Part shown: piece after piece, positions 26,847-36,927 of the stretch
Layout: each line of letters starts with the position of its first letter
How positions within the stretch are numbered: the first letter of the stretch is position 1
NCBI GenBank assembly: GCA_038874135.1
Contig: JAVZCZ010000001.1
Coordinates: forward strand, 832,001 to 896,000
Length of the DNA: 64,000 nucleotides
Direction: 5' to 3'
Source: Candidatus Woesearchaeota archaeon
GTDB lineage: Archaea > Nanobdellota > Nanobdellia > Woesearchaeales > 0-14-0-80-44-23
Made by a program: the position numbers and the translations under genes
Notes under the pieces: model-generated
What the model was told of the DNA's origin: nothing
Database searches by the model: none
The model's input: only the letters and a program-made list of their open reading frames with translations

Positions 26847-29315
26847 TCACTTGAAGAAGCTGCTCAAATTTCTCTGCTGTTTTTCTCCTTGCGCGCCACC
26901 TACAAGCTCTTCTTCTTCATATCCGAGAACTTCAAATATGCGCCCTACTGATGGAATTATCTGGTTGCTTATGTAGTATTCAGAATCGTAGCTTCCCTCT
27001 TCAGCTTCTTCAGGAAGCTTAGCCCTGTCCCTTATCCTGCCCTTTCCCTCAACTACTATGTAGGGTATTATTGTGCCCGGGCCAACAACCTTTCTCAGCT
27101 CCTTCATCCTCTGAGCAACAGCCACGTGGGGCCCTACGGAGTTGTATTCGTCTACTCCCTTCTGAAGCTGAGTATATATTATGAGTTGTTCGTTGGGAAT
27201 CTTCTTTTCTTTGAGCTTCTCAATTATCTGTCTAACATATTTGAAAGCGGCTTCTCCTTCTCCTCTTTCAAGTATCATTCTCAGAACCTTGGCTTGAACC
27301 TCCTTTCCTATTATTGACCAGTTTCTCCTTACAGTTTCAAAGCCTCTAATCTTTAGCCTTCCAGAGGCTGAGATTAGGGCGTACTTCTTCTTAGCTCCAT
27401 AGCTTCCAGCCTTTGCTGAAACAAATATTCCCCTGGGGTAAAAGTCCTCAAGCTCCATCTCCATTGTTCCAGGAAGTTCCCTGTTTATCTGGTTTAGGAA
27501 GTGTTCAGCATCCTCTCTTCTCTTATCTCCCAGGGTGAAAAATATTGAGTCCGTATCAGAATATAGTACCTTAAATCCGTTCTCAGTGGCTTTATCAATA
27601 ACTTTCTTTATGTAATACCTTCCATAAGCAGTTATGCTCTTTGCACACTCTATGCAGTACCACCTGGCTGCGAAGAAGCCCATATAGCCATACATTGAAT
27701 TTGCTATTGTTTTTAGAGCGTTCTGCCTAGCGTTCAGCAGCTTTTTGTCGTGCTCATTTGCACCTTTGAGAATCTCTTTTATTCTCATCCTTCTTGTTAT
27801 GAGCTCGTTTATCACAGTAGATATGAAGCCCCGCTTCTTTTTACAGAACCAGTAGTCCAGCTCGGGCACATCCTCTTTTGAGCTACGGCAGCATTCACAG
27901 TTAAGCGTGTCGGGAGATATGTTATGAGTTGTTATTATGCTTGGGTAGAGGCTTCTGAAGTCAAAAACAACTATGTTGCTGTAAAGTCCCGGCTGCGGCT
28001 CAAAGACAAACGCTCCAGGGTAGGTCTGCGCCTTTCTAATCCTAACTTCCTGATGGTCTGGCTTGTTTGGGATGAGCTCGTTAAAGTTCTTCGCCTCTTT
28101 TATTAGAAACCACTCAACTATCTGGCTCGGTCCCATTCTGGAAACTTCAAATGCGGGCATTCCGACAATCTTTATCAGCTCCATAAGGTTTTCCAGCGTC
28201 TTTTCCAGAAGCTTATATGTCAGGGCAGAGTCTTGAAGGTTGTATCTGCAAAAAGCCTCCAGCTCTTCAGGATTGTTATCCCAGGCAGATGCCAGCTTTT
28301 CAATTTCAACTTCTTCCTTTCTCTCATCCAAAAGCTCGGAAGCTACAGAATTAAGGTCTAGGTATGTTGTTTCTAGCCCTCTCGCCACAGTATTTCTCAC
28401 AAACTTAAAGACATCAATGTGAGCTATGCCTACAACTCTGCAAGTGCTAATCTGGCCGTGCGAAACTGCGATTGTGCTGTAGTCCATCCCTATGTCCAGT
28501 TCAACCCTATTCTCTTCTGCCCTCTTTTTAAGGTATGGCAGATCGAAGCCGTCTGAGAAATAGCCTGTTATTATGTCCGGCTTGTGCTCTATAATTACCT
28601 GCTTGAACCTTTCTATGAGCTCCCTTTCATCCTTTACAAATTCTATGTAGTCCTCTTTAGTTTTAAACCTCTTCCAGGTTATTACTTTCTTAAAGTTGTG
28701 CGAGTAGAAAGAGCACATAAGGATTGGATCTTTTTCGGGAATCGCCATCTTGCCCTGCGGGTTGTATGTTTCTATGTCAAAAGCCAGTACTTTCAGTTTG
28801 GGTATTGTCTCTTCTGAGAAACATTTGAGTGCAGATGCTTCAAATACCGGCACTCTTGACTTTCTGTTGACAAATTCGCCTTCTGCTTCGCACAGACAGC
28901 ACGGTACTATCTCATTATCTATCAAAAACTTCTTTGAAAACGGGATGTCTTCCTCAAGCACTGAGAAACCCATCTTTTTGATCTCTTCTGCAAAAGCCTC
29001 TGAATCGGAAGGATTCCTGAATTCAACCCTTACCGCTTCAACTTCTCTGCCTACCAGATTCTTTCTGAAAACTTCAGCTGCACTTATCGTTGCAGTAGTG
29101 CCGTTCTTCCTTGTTATTCTCAGTTCTCTTATACTGCTTATTTTATGTCCGCTCAGTGTCTTTTTATCCTCCGGCACTGCCCAAAAGTAGGGATTAAATT
29201 TTGAATACTCCACAGCAATAGGGTCGCCATTCTTATCCCTTCCATACATTATCACACTTGCCCCTTCCTCCCTTACTTTGCCAGCTATTTCCAGAGGATA
29301 AAACTCAATCTTCAT
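26847..29315 (-). CDS. polB: Family B DNA polymerase
   Basis: Exo FDIET; polymerase DFRSLYPS, KTIANSMYGY, YSDTDS, KKKYA, RGFETVRR. Confidence 0.97.
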   Translation of the reverse strand: MKIEFYPLEIAGKVREEGASVIMYGRDKNGDPIAVEYSKFNPYFWAVPEDKKTLSGHKISSIRELRITRKNGTTATISAAEVFRKNLVGREVEAVRVEFRNPSDSEAFAEEIKKMGFSVLEEDIPFSKKFLIDNEIVPCCLCEAEGEFVNRKSRVPVFEASALKCFSEETIPKLKVLAFDIETYNPQGKMAIPEKDPILMCSFYSHNFKKVITWKRFKTKEDYIEFVKDERELIERFKQVIIEHKPDIITGYFSDGFDLPYLKKRAEENRVELDIGMDYSTIAVSHGQISTCRVVGIAHIDVFKFVRNTVARGLETTYLDLNSVASELLDERKEEVEIEKLASAWDNNPEELEAFCRYNLQDSALTYKLLEKTLENLMELIKIVGMPAFEVSRMGPSQIVEWFLIKEAKNFNELIPNKPDHQEVRIRKAQTYPGAFVFEPQPGLYSNIVVFDFRSLYPSIITTHNISPDTLNCECCRSSKEDVPELDYWFCKKKRGFISTVINELITRRMRIKEILKGANEHDKKLLNARQNALKTIANSMYGYMGFFAARWYCIECAKSITAYGRYYIKKVIDKATENGFKVLYSDTDSIFFTLGDKRREDAEHFLNQINRELPGTMEMELEDFYPRGIFVSAKAGSYGAKKKYALISASGRLKIRGFETVRRNWSIIGKEVQAKVLRMILERGEGEAAFKYVRQIIEKLKEKKIPNEQLIIYTQLQKGVDEYNSVGPHVAVAQRMKELRKVVGPGTIIPYIVVEGKGRIRDRAKLPEEAEEGSYDSEYYISNQIIPSVGRIFEVLGYEEEELVGGAQGEKQQRNLSSFFK

Positions 29316-29366
29316 AAATCAAATATTTACTTGTGAATATATAAATTTTCTCAATATAAACACGAA

Positions 29367-30176
29367 TTACGGCTTTTGAGCTTCGCTTAGAAATGCGTCT
29401 TTAACTCCCTTATAAACATAAGAAGAGGTTGCCTTTTCAGGCTCATTTGAGAGTGCCTGCTTGTGAGCTTTTTCAGCTGCAAGGTATGCTTCCCTAACTG
29501 AGACCATTCCGTCAGAATTCAAGTCAAGTGATTTGTCTTGAAATGCTTCCCAGAATGTTTTGGAAAAGGTTTTAGATATCGTCTGGTGCTCCTCATCTAC
29601 TGAGGAAATTGCAATTGCATCATACGGAAACTCTTTAAATTCCTCGCTAAATCCTCCGGAGTAACACTGATCTGATACTATGATGGAGAGCCCAGCTCCT
29701 ATCCTCTCAAGATATTCCCTGAGGCATCTTGAGGAGAGCTCGTATTGTGAGAGTTGGAAGGTGCTCTCCCCTTCTCTTCTTCCACCGTGCCCGGTAAGAT
29801 AAACAACAAGTTCGTCATTGTTATCCACAGCATTGTAAAGAGCATTTATCGCGTCTTCCAGGTTTAAAATGCTTGGCTCTGCACAAAAGCTTCTGCCGCT
29901 CGCATCGGGATTTTTGTGAGATATTACTATTATATTTTCGGGTTTAAAACCTTCATTTATTAGACATCTATACGCATTTTTTAAATTTGTCAGGTGTCTA
30001 GCTTCTTTACTGCCGCTCAACAACAAGGCATAATTCTCCCTCAAAGAATGGTTTATCCTGCTCGGATTAAGTGCCTCTTCTAAGCTCATTCCAACAGCTT
30101 CTGGCCTTCCAAAGGTGCAGGTAGCACCCACTGCAAAAACAGCTGCAATCTTTAAGGCTTTCTTCCAGAGGCGCAT
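29367..30176 (-). CDS. Secreted caspase/legumain (C13/C14-clan) cysteine peptidase
   Basis: Signal peptide; YLTGHG and DQCYSGGF His-Cys dyad. Confidence 0.8.
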   Translation of the reverse strand: MRLWKKALKIAAVFAVGATCTFGRPEAVGMSLEEALNPSRINHSLRENYALLLSGSKEARHLTNLKNAYRCLINEGFKPENIIVISHKNPDASGRSFCAEPSILNLEDAINALYNAVDNNDELVVYLTGHGGRREGESTFQLSQYELSSRCLREYLERIGAGLSIIVSDQCYSGGFSEEFKEFPYDAIAISSVDEEHQTISKTFSKTFWEAFQDKSLDLNSDGMVSVREAYLAAEKAHKQALSNEPEKATSSYVYKGVKDAFLSEAQKP

Positions 30177-30328
30177 ATGCTCATGATAAGCCGTCTTTTT
30201 TATAAATGTTTCGTTTTGTTGTCATTATAAAATAGTAAAATGATTTGTTTTTTGGGTGTGTTTTTTTGTCCAGTATAAATTCACACAAAAATCTTTAAAT
30301 ACATATATCCTATACGATTTTTAGAAAA

Positions 30329-31414
30329 ATGCTAAACATTTTCAACTTGAACAAACTAAAATATTCAAACAGAACCTCGGAAAAAACTCAATTAGAGGGA
30401 ACTGCAGAAAGCTCTCCTGGCGAAACGGAACCAGGAACTAAAAATGCTGAGAATGTAATTTTGGAGGAATCAAAAATGGAAGAACCAACTGAAAAAAATG
30501 ATGAATCAAATCAAGTGTATGATTTGATAATAATCGGAGGAGGCCCAGCAGGATATTCAGCAGCCATTTATGCGGGAAGGTACAACCTGAAAGCAGTAGT
30601 GCTGACCAAAGAATTAGGTGTCATCTCAGAAGCGCCCGAAGTTGAAAACTATCCCGGAATAGAAAGCATTTCAGGATTTGAGCTTATGCAGAGATTCCAA
30701 AAGCACGCTCAAAAGGTCGGAGTAGAAACCAAGTTTGTAGAAGTTGCAGATGTTAGAAGGGGAATAACACTCTTTTCAGTGACAGATTCCGACGGCAACA
30801 TCTATAAAGGGCACACAATTCTTATAGCAACAGGAACTGAAAAGAGAAAACTTGAAGCTGAAAATGCTGAAAAATATGAGGGAAGAGGAATAAGCTACTG
30901 TGCAACTTGTGACGCAGCATTCTATAAGGACAAAAGAGTAGCAGTGGTCGGCGGGAGTGACAGCGCTGCAAAGTATGCACTGCTGCTCGCAAGCTTTGCT
31001 TCCAAAGTTTATATAATATACCGTGGAGAGAACTTGCGTGCAGAGCAGATGCTCGTGGACAAGGTAAAATCCAATCCCAAAATAGAAATATTGACAAAGG
31101 AGCTCATCTCAAAAATTGAGGGAGAAAAAAGGGTTGAGCGCATAACACTATCCAGCGGAAGGCAGATTGAAATTGATGGCATATTTGTTGCAATGGGCGG
31201 AATCCCAAGCTCTGCACTGGCAAAAAAACTCGGAGTAGAAGTTGACCCCAGCGGTTATATCATAGTTAATAATGAGACCCAAGCAACAAACATTCCTGGA
31301 GTTTATGCAGCAGGCGATGTAACTAAGTTCCCACTAAAACAGATAATAACAGCAGCTGCACAGGGAGCAGTGGCTGCTCATAGCGTAAACGACTTCATAA
31401 AGGAGAGAAGATGA
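30329..31414 (+). CDS. trxB: Thioredoxin reductase
   Basis: IIGGGPAG, SYCATCD, VVGGSDSA, YAAGD; alternative start at 30476. Confidence 0.93.
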   Translation: MLNIFNLNKLKYSNRTSEKTQLEGTAESSPGETEPGTKNAENVILEESKMEEPTEKNDESNQVYDLIIIGGGPAGYSAAIYAGRYNLKAVVLTKELGVISEAPEVENYPGIESISGFELMQRFQKHAQKVGVETKFVEVADVRRGITLFSVTDSDGNIYKGHTILIATGTEKRKLEAENAEKYEGRGISYCATCDAAFYKDKRVAVVGGSDSAAKYALLLASFASKVYIIYRGENLRAEQMLVDKVKSNPKIEILTKELISKIEGEKRVERITLSSGRQIEIDGIFVAMGGIPSSALAKKLGVEVDPSGYIIVNNETQATNIPGVYAAGDVTKFPLKQIITAAAQGAVAAHSVNDFIKERR

Positions 31415-31761
31415 GAGCCTGCCCCCTTTGCGGAAGTGAGGTCAGCGGCGACTCAAAAACAGGATACTACTGCAAGAGGTGTAACCTCATATTTGACGAG
31501 AGAGAAACAATTTGTGCTCCCGATTCTAAGGTTGAAGAAGCTGAAACCAAAAATTTAGATATAAAAAGCGAAGAAGTTAAAGACAATACGCAAGATGTTC
31601 AGAAATTCATAACCTCCGCCAAAGCAAAGCGCTACCACTTGCCAAACTGCCCATTTGCACAGAAAATACGCCCGGAAAAGAGAATATTTTTCAATTCAGC
31701 CGAAGAAGCAGAAATGCATGGTTACAAGCCTTGCGAGTGCACTCAGAAAATCTCACCTTAA
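31411..31761 (+). CDS. Zn-ribbon + Ada-like metal-binding domain protein
   Basis: CPLC..CKRC and YHLPNC..GYKPCEC. Confidence 0.75.
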   Translation: MRACPLCGSEVSGDSKTGYYCKRCNLIFDERETICAPDSKVEEAETKNLDIKSEEVKDNTQDVQKFITSAKAKRYHLPNCPFAQKIRPEKRIFFNSAEEAEMHGYKPCECTQKISP

Positions 31762-31970
31762 TAATCTTCAAGCCTGTAAAGCACATAAACCGCTCTTGCA
31801 ATTGCCATAACGCAAAGAAACATCACTACAATGTTCTCTCCCGGAATTCCAAGCCCGAAGAAGGAGTTCTCGCCACGCATATAGGAGCGAAGGCTGGAGA
31901 AAAATATTACCCCAAAAGTGAGTATCAGCACTACAAGCACTTTCACGAATGTCTTTCTGTAGCTTCTCAT
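31758..31970 (-). CDS. Small membrane protein
   Basis: Two hydrophobic helices; ATGA overlap with upstream gene. Confidence 0.55.
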   Translation of the reverse strand: MRSYRKTFVKVLVVLILTFGVIFFSSLRSYMRGENSFFGLGIPGENIVVMFLCVMAIARAVYVLYRLEDY

Positions 31971-32362
31971 TTTTTATCATCCAAAACAATAGAGAGCATA
32001 TTTATGTTGGCAAGAGCATTCAGGTAGGATTTTGCATCCTTCCTGTCCATAGTTTGAATCATTCTTAAAGCCCGACTTATAAGTTCTCTCATCCCTCTAA
32101 TAAAATCCTCTCCATTCTCAACAACCACATTTACATTGCCATAAGAATCTGCAGAGTAGTGCCTCTTAGCAGCAGCCATCCTAAGCATTTCTTCCAGAAT
32201 GTTATACGCCTCATATTCAACATGCATCCTCTTTGAAATCTCAGAAGTGCCTTTCAAGTCCTCAAACTCAACAGAGAACCTGGCTGTTTTCTCCGCAGGA
32301 AGATAATCTGCAAGAGAAATTCTTAAAACCTTCACAAAAACCAGCTCATCTCTCATAACCAT
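31967..32362 (-). CDS. Hypothetical protein
   Basis: 131-aa ORF with TATA-like element upstream. Confidence 0.6.
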   Translation of the reverse strand: MVMRDELVFVKVLRISLADYLPAEKTARFSVEFEDLKGTSEISKRMHVEYEAYNILEEMLRMAAAKRHYSADSYGNVNVVVENGEDFIRGMRELISRALRMIQTMDRKDAKSYLNALANINMLSIVLDDKK

Positions 32363-32420
32363 AATTAAGTAGAATAATTACTCAAATATTTAAGGTTTTA
32401 GAAAAAATTTGAAAAAAGGA

Positions 32421-32621
32421 TTATACTGCGCGTCTGGGAATTCTAGGCGTCCAGTTGCGCGAAATGTTATTAAACGCTTCTCCAGCCCTCTCAATGTTAT
32501 TCCCACTTATTATTAGAACAATAGCCAATACCACTATTAACGCTGCTATGGCTATTATCCACCACTTCCCACTAAGCTTGCACCTTGGCTTCTTGAACTC
32601 TTTTGAATTCTTTTCCTTCAT
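32421..32621 (-). CDS. Small single-pass membrane protein
   Basis: Basic N-terminus, one TM helix, GGAGG RBS. Confidence 0.55.
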   Translation of the reverse strand: MKEKNSKEFKKPRCKLSGKWWIIAIAALIVVLAIVLIISGNNIERAGEAFNNISRNWTPRIPRRAV

Positions 32622-32681
32622 AAGATTGGCCTCCTTTTAGCTTATAAGCTTAAAATTTCAGAATTACTATATAAATTTTTT

Positions 32682-33488
32682 TTAGAACAGAGAGCTTTCA
32701 AGATATGCTCCGAGCACTACTAAAATTATTGAAATCCCAATTAGAGTTACACAGTCGCGCACCCTCGCATAAAAAATCTCAGAAAATCTCTTCTCTGAAA
32801 CAACCGTCCTGCTTAGTATTATTCCAGCAATAACAGCTAGGAAGTAGCTTCCAGACTCAAGAAGGGTGTGGGGGAGCATCTTTAAGAGCGTTAAAAGCAT
32901 CTGAAAAGTGCTCCCGCTAACTACCGCATCCCTTATAAAAATTCCAAGGACGCTGCCCCAAACTGAAGCGTTCCAAACCATCATCAACACTCCGCCAACT
33001 CCATATATCAAAGATATCACAAAACAGAAGAGCAAAACATAAGAATTGTTTGAAAGCAGAACTAAAAATGTGGATGGAGAAAAGGCATTTCCGGAACTTC
33101 CTAACATCCTCAACTGAGGGCTAAACACTAAAAAGGTGGCTTTAGGAGGCCAGAGTGCTGAAAACATCAAGAATGCGAACATTATTCCAAAAAACAGGGA
33201 GGCATATGTTGTGAGCAGCTTAGAATACGCAGAAAAAACTCCCAACTTTGAATTACTTGCTCTGCCGTAAAAATCCTTCTCCCTTGAAAACATTACCTCC
33301 AATACGGGAACGCACAATAGGGATGTAAATGCTATTGCGGCAAATCCAGGACTGTTAGGGAAGAGGAATATTGCAGAGGCGATGCCAGTTATTGCATAGG
33401 TTAAGCCCATAAGGAACAGAAAAACCGGCTTTTCCCTTATCAGCTTCAATGAGTAAATCTTCTCTAAGATTATTACCACCTGAAACAT
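32682..33488 (-). CDS. SpoIIM/DUF95-family membrane protein
   Basis: NN..V, WNASVWG, PHTLLE motifs. Confidence 0.8.
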   Translation of the reverse strand: MFQVVIILEKIYSLKLIREKPVFLFLMGLTYAITGIASAIFLFPNSPGFAAIAFTSLLCVPVLEVMFSREKDFYGRASNSKLGVFSAYSKLLTTYASLFFGIMFAFLMFSALWPPKATFLVFSPQLRMLGSSGNAFSPSTFLVLLSNNSYVLLFCFVISLIYGVGGVLMMVWNASVWGSVLGIFIRDAVVSGSTFQMLLTLLKMLPHTLLESGSYFLAVIAGIILSRTVVSEKRFSEIFYARVRDCVTLIGISIILVVLGAYLESSLF

Positions 33489-33628
33489 AAAAGGTGAGAA
33501 GTGGTATATTAATTTTTTTTATAATTTTTCTCCTTAAAAGCGCAACATTTAAATATAGATAAATAAAATAAAAGTAGATAAAAATAAAATAAAAAGAGAT
33601 TTTAAATAAAACAAAAGGAGATTAATAG

Positions 33629-34114
33629 ATGCCTGCTGCAAAAGAGCCTAAAATTGAAAAAATAGTTGAGGCAATATCATTACTAATATCCTACGCTGAA
33701 CAGAATGGCATATCCACTCAGGAAATACTGAACAGCAATAAAAAATCTGAAATGCTAATTCCCGCTTCAATATTCTCAAAACTGCCCGCGCTTGAAGCAA
33801 TTTCCAAATTCTTGATAGAAGAAAAAAATATGAGCCTGAAGGAGTGTGCCGAAAAGCTTGGACGCTCTCAAAAAACAATATGGGGAGCATACCGCAGGGC
33901 TAAGAAAGTAAAAGGGGACATAGATCTCTCTTCAAAAGTTCTGATTCCACTTTCAGTATTTTCACAAAGAAAAAGAAGCCTGATGGAAAACGCAGTTTCA
34001 TATCTAAAAAAGGAAGGAATGTCAATAATAGAGATAGCAAAAGAGATGAGAAAGAGCTATCAGGACATCTGGACGATTGCAAAAAGAGCAGAGAAGAAGG
34101 GAAAACTAATATGA
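33629..34114 (+). CDS. Tandem HTH putative transcription regulator
   Basis: Two repeats IP.S.FS...E.....L...MS..E.A....RS...IW. Confidence 0.75.
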   Translation: MPAAKEPKIEKIVEAISLLISYAEQNGISTQEILNSNKKSEMLIPASIFSKLPALEAISKFLIEEKNMSLKECAEKLGRSQKTIWGAYRRAKKVKGDIDLSSKVLIPLSVFSQRKRSLMENAVSYLKKEGMSIIEIAKEMRKSYQDIWTIAKRAEKKGKLI

Positions 34115-34830
34115 AACAAAACTTAACTCAAAGAGAAATACTGCTGCTGTTTTTCATAATCCTATTAACACATAAAATACTTGCAGCACCCTCAGGTCCT
34201 CAAATCCTATTCAACTCAACAGATTATGGCCCGAGCGGCTCATCAACTATAATAAACACTTCAGGAGGAACAATTTCAACCATAAACCTGTACGGGCTAA
34301 CGCAGAATATAAGGTGGAAAGCATTTATAGGAAATGTTTCAGGAAAATTGATGCTCTCAGACTCATCAGGATATTCAATATACGATTGGAGTATCACCTC
34401 AGTTTCAGGAGAAGTATATGCTTCAAGATTCAACACTATTGACTGGGCTTCAATAGACTGCGCTCAGGACATAAACATAACCTCTGAAGAAGCTGCTCTA
34501 AACATAAGCTCATCTTCAGATGACAGCATCTCTCGCACTTTCTCTAAGAAGGTGCACCGCACATTCTATGTTGGCGTTAAACCAATTCATAACAGCACCT
34601 GCTACTCCACTGCGACATTTGTAGGCAATCAGAGTCAGGCAATTAGTGAGGAAATGAAGTTTCAGGAAGTTCTTTTGGCACAAGCCAACAAGCTCGTGTA
34701 TGTAGCCCTTCTTGAAAACAGGAGCATCGGCTACAATAACCAAAACTTTGACTTCCAGATGATAGTTCCTGATTATGGAGTGCCAACCGGCTCAAACGTG
34801 CCTTACTACCTCTATGTTGAATTAATCTGA
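34111..34830 (+). CDS. Secreted beta-rich protein, paralog of 35624-36337
   Basis: Signal peptide; shared W..(F/Y).GN.(S/T)G, GE.YA.R, WASI.CA, EEAALNI, DFQ..VP, YY.YVEL. Confidence 0.75.
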   Translation: MKQNLTQREILLLFFIILLTHKILAAPSGPQILFNSTDYGPSGSSTIINTSGGTISTINLYGLTQNIRWKAFIGNVSGKLMLSDSSGYSIYDWSITSVSGEVYASRFNTIDWASIDCAQDINITSEEAALNISSSSDDSISRTFSKKVHRTFYVGVKPIHNSTCYSTATFVGNQSQAISEEMKFQEVLLAQANKLVYVALLENRSIGYNNQNFDFQMIVPDYGVPTGSNVPYYLYVELI

Positions 34831-34932
34831 ATAATTAATTTTCTAAATTTTCTATTTAAGTTAATTAACAAAATTATGTGAATTAACTAGATTCTTTAAT
34901 AAAATAAAAGAAAAATTTAAATATAAGTAGGT

Positions 34933-34963
34933 ATTAGTATACAAAAAAGTAACATTAGTATAC
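34933..34963 (+). promoter_or_regulatory. Direct repeat ATTAGTATAC x2 (21-bp spacing) downstream of TATA
   Basis: 34933-34942 and 34954-34963, upstream of the ArsR-like gene. Confidence 0.45.
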
Positions 34964-35029
34964 CTTGATTTAGTTTAATGTAGAATGTATATTGAGAGAG
35001 TAATGTCATAAAAAACCAACAGTGAGAGC

Positions 35030-35569
35030 ATGGAGATTGAACCGCTAATCTCAGGTTCCAGGTGGACAATGCTTAAACACCTTGCAGAAAAGCCGTGCTC
35101 CCCTACCGAACTTGCTGAAAAGCTGGGAACTACACTAGCAAATGTGAGCCAGCAGCTCAGAATGCTTGAGCTGGCAGGAATTGTTGAGAAAAAAAGCCAG
35201 CACTCACGAGAAAAAGGCAAACCACGAATGCTATTTTACCTCTCAGGAAGGCTAGCATATCTCTCAATACTCACATCTGAATGCTCTGAGAAAAAACTAA
35301 TTCACATAGACAAACACAAGGAGGCACTAATAAAGATATGGCTTCTAACAAAAGAAGCCGCACACAGAAAGTTGGAAGCATTCTGCTCCTCAGCCGAATC
35401 AGTTCAGGGAATCTCTTTGTATGCAGAGCCAAACTCGGGAAAGCTATTTGCAGTATGCAGGGACAAGCAGGCTGAGAAAAAGTTACTTGAAATAAAAACA
35501 GAGTTGGAGGTGGTTATTGGGGAAGAAAAGAAAGTGCCGTCTAACTATATCAAGCTCATACAAAACTGA
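35030..35569 (+). CDS. ArsR-like wHTH transcription regulator
   Basis: SPTELAEKLGTTLANVSQQLRMLELAGIV, GKPR..Y. Confidence 0.85.
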   Translation: MEIEPLISGSRWTMLKHLAEKPCSPTELAEKLGTTLANVSQQLRMLELAGIVEKKSQHSREKGKPRMLFYLSGRLAYLSILTSECSEKKLIHIDKHKEALIKIWLLTKEAAHRKLEAFCSSAESVQGISLYAEPNSGKLFAVCRDKQAEKKLLEIKTELEVVIGEEKKVPSNYIKLIQN

Positions 35570-35623
35570 GCAAACAAGCAAGATAAAACAAGCCAAAACA
35601 AGCAAGCAAGGAGGTGTTAAAAG

Positions 35624-36337
35624 TTGAGAAGAATACTAAATCTTTTGATGCTCCTAACAGCAACCATAATATTGGGAGCATCGCTGGCTGCTGCCGCGCC
35701 AATAGGACCAGATGAGATAAATGTAACTGGCAGTAGCAGAAGGGCAAGCACTGGTCCAAAGGAGCTTCCTGCACTTGCAGGTAATGTAACTGAGCTTTCC
35801 ATAAGTGCAGTAGCAGTAACTAACATCTGGCAGGGCTACTATGGAAATATAACTGGCACAATTGTGCTGGACAATGCGAACAACAAAACAATGTATTCTT
35901 GGAATGACATGTCCCCCTCAGGAGAGATATACGCAGTGAGGACTTCTAACTCTGTGAATTGGGCTTCCATATCATGCGCCAATACAACCCATATCGCAGA
36001 AGAAGAGGCCGCCCTGAACATTCAGCCAAATGAAAAAGACGGAATTGACGAAACCTTCAATCAGACGGTAGCAACTGACTTCTATGTGGGAACCACGCAC
36101 ATAACCAGCTGTGACCATGCTCAGTATCTCTATGAGAACGATGCACCGGCTACAAGCAACAACTTCTTAGAGCTACTGCTCCACGATGGCAATTATGTGA
36201 TATACACTGCGCTCATAAACCAGGACAAACTCGGATTTGACGGTGCAACCCACGACTTCCAGCTGATGGTTCCGGAAGATGGTCATAACGGGGACACTTC
36301 AGCAACAATGTACTATTTCTATGTGGAGTTGAACTAA
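35624..36337 (+). CDS. Secreted beta-rich protein, paralog of 34111-34830
   Basis: TTG start after GGAGGTG RBS, signal peptide, same conserved blocks, T-tract after stop. Confidence 0.8.
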   Translation: MRRILNLLMLLTATIILGASLAAAAPIGPDEINVTGSSRRASTGPKELPALAGNVTELSISAVAVTNIWQGYYGNITGTIVLDNANNKTMYSWNDMSPSGEIYAVRTSNSVNWASISCANTTHIAEEEAALNIQPNEKDGIDETFNQTVATDFYVGTTHITSCDHAQYLYENDAPATSNNFLELLLHDGNYVIYTALINQDKLGFDGATHDFQLMVPEDGHNGDTSATMYYFYVELN

Positions 36338-36363
36338 GGGCTCTTTTATTTTTTTAGATTTTC

Positions 36364-36756
36364 TTATATTTGTTTTGAGAGAATTACTACCTCTTTATCG
36401 TTCACCTTTGAAATCTGCACTAAGCCGCTTGACTTGAGCTCGTTCAGGTACCTGTAAAAGCTTGCTTTTGAGCAATACCTCAGCTGGTCTACTATTGCTT
36501 CCTTGACCTCTGGTATTGAGATAACTCTTGAGCTGCCTATGAAATCAAGGATTTTTCCTTTAATTATGTTTTTCCTATTTCTGTTCAGCTTTCTTAGAAT
36601 TTCATCCTTTAAGGGCTCCTTCTTTTCTGAAAGCATCTCCCTAAGCTTTTTTATTTCTGATAGTAGAATCTTGTTCTGTTCTTCCAGGAGCTGTATCTTC
36701 CTACTGTTCTCTTCTAACTGAGCCTTTATGCTGTAATCCTCTGTTGACATCCCCAT
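36364..36756 (-). CDS. Coiled-coil + winged-helix DNA-binding protein
   Basis: N-terminal heptads, C-terminal CSKASFYRYLNELKSSGLV wHTH. Confidence 0.75.
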   Translation of the reverse strand: MGMSTEDYSIKAQLEENSRKIQLLEEQNKILLSEIKKLREMLSEKKEPLKDEILRKLNRNRKNIIKGKILDFIGSSRVISIPEVKEAIVDQLRYCSKASFYRYLNELKSSGLVQISKVNDKEVVILSKQI

Positions 36757-36800
36757 CTTAACAGGCTAGCTTATCGCAGTATAAAAATCTTTCGCTCAAC

Positions 36801-36927
36801 TGAGACAAATCTGAGGCTGTCTCAATACTCAGCTGAGACACCCCCTTGTTTCCTGTGGACGACACCCCTTTATTTCCTGTGGAACATTTGAGACAAATTT
36901 GAGACATAATTGAGTCCACACTGAGAC
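36801..36927. repeat. 11-bp-phased TGAGAC array
   Basis: TGAGAC or one-mismatch variant starting at 36801, 36812, 36834, 36889, 36900, 36911, 36922; inverted copy at 36819. Confidence 0.8.
36837..36884 (-). other. Two tandem ORB-like (Orc1/Cdc6 origin recognition box) elements; candidate replication origin
   Basis: Minus strand TTCCACAGGAAATAAAGGGGTGTC and GTCCACAGGAAACAAGGGGGTGTC (TCCA..GAAA core plus G-string). Confidence 0.7.

Noticed and set aside
26847-30176. polB region as casposon or provirus
   Set aside because: Cellular-type PolB with host-like composition, outside the TIRs; no cas1, capsid or integrase genes.
35570-35612. AAACAAGC-like repeats before the secreted-protein gene
   Set aside because: Low-complexity unstructured leader before a strong RBS; no regular period.
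36801-36927. CRISPR array
   Set aside because: Only two adjacent 24-bp copies with no spacer, plus hexamers; no cas genes in the window.
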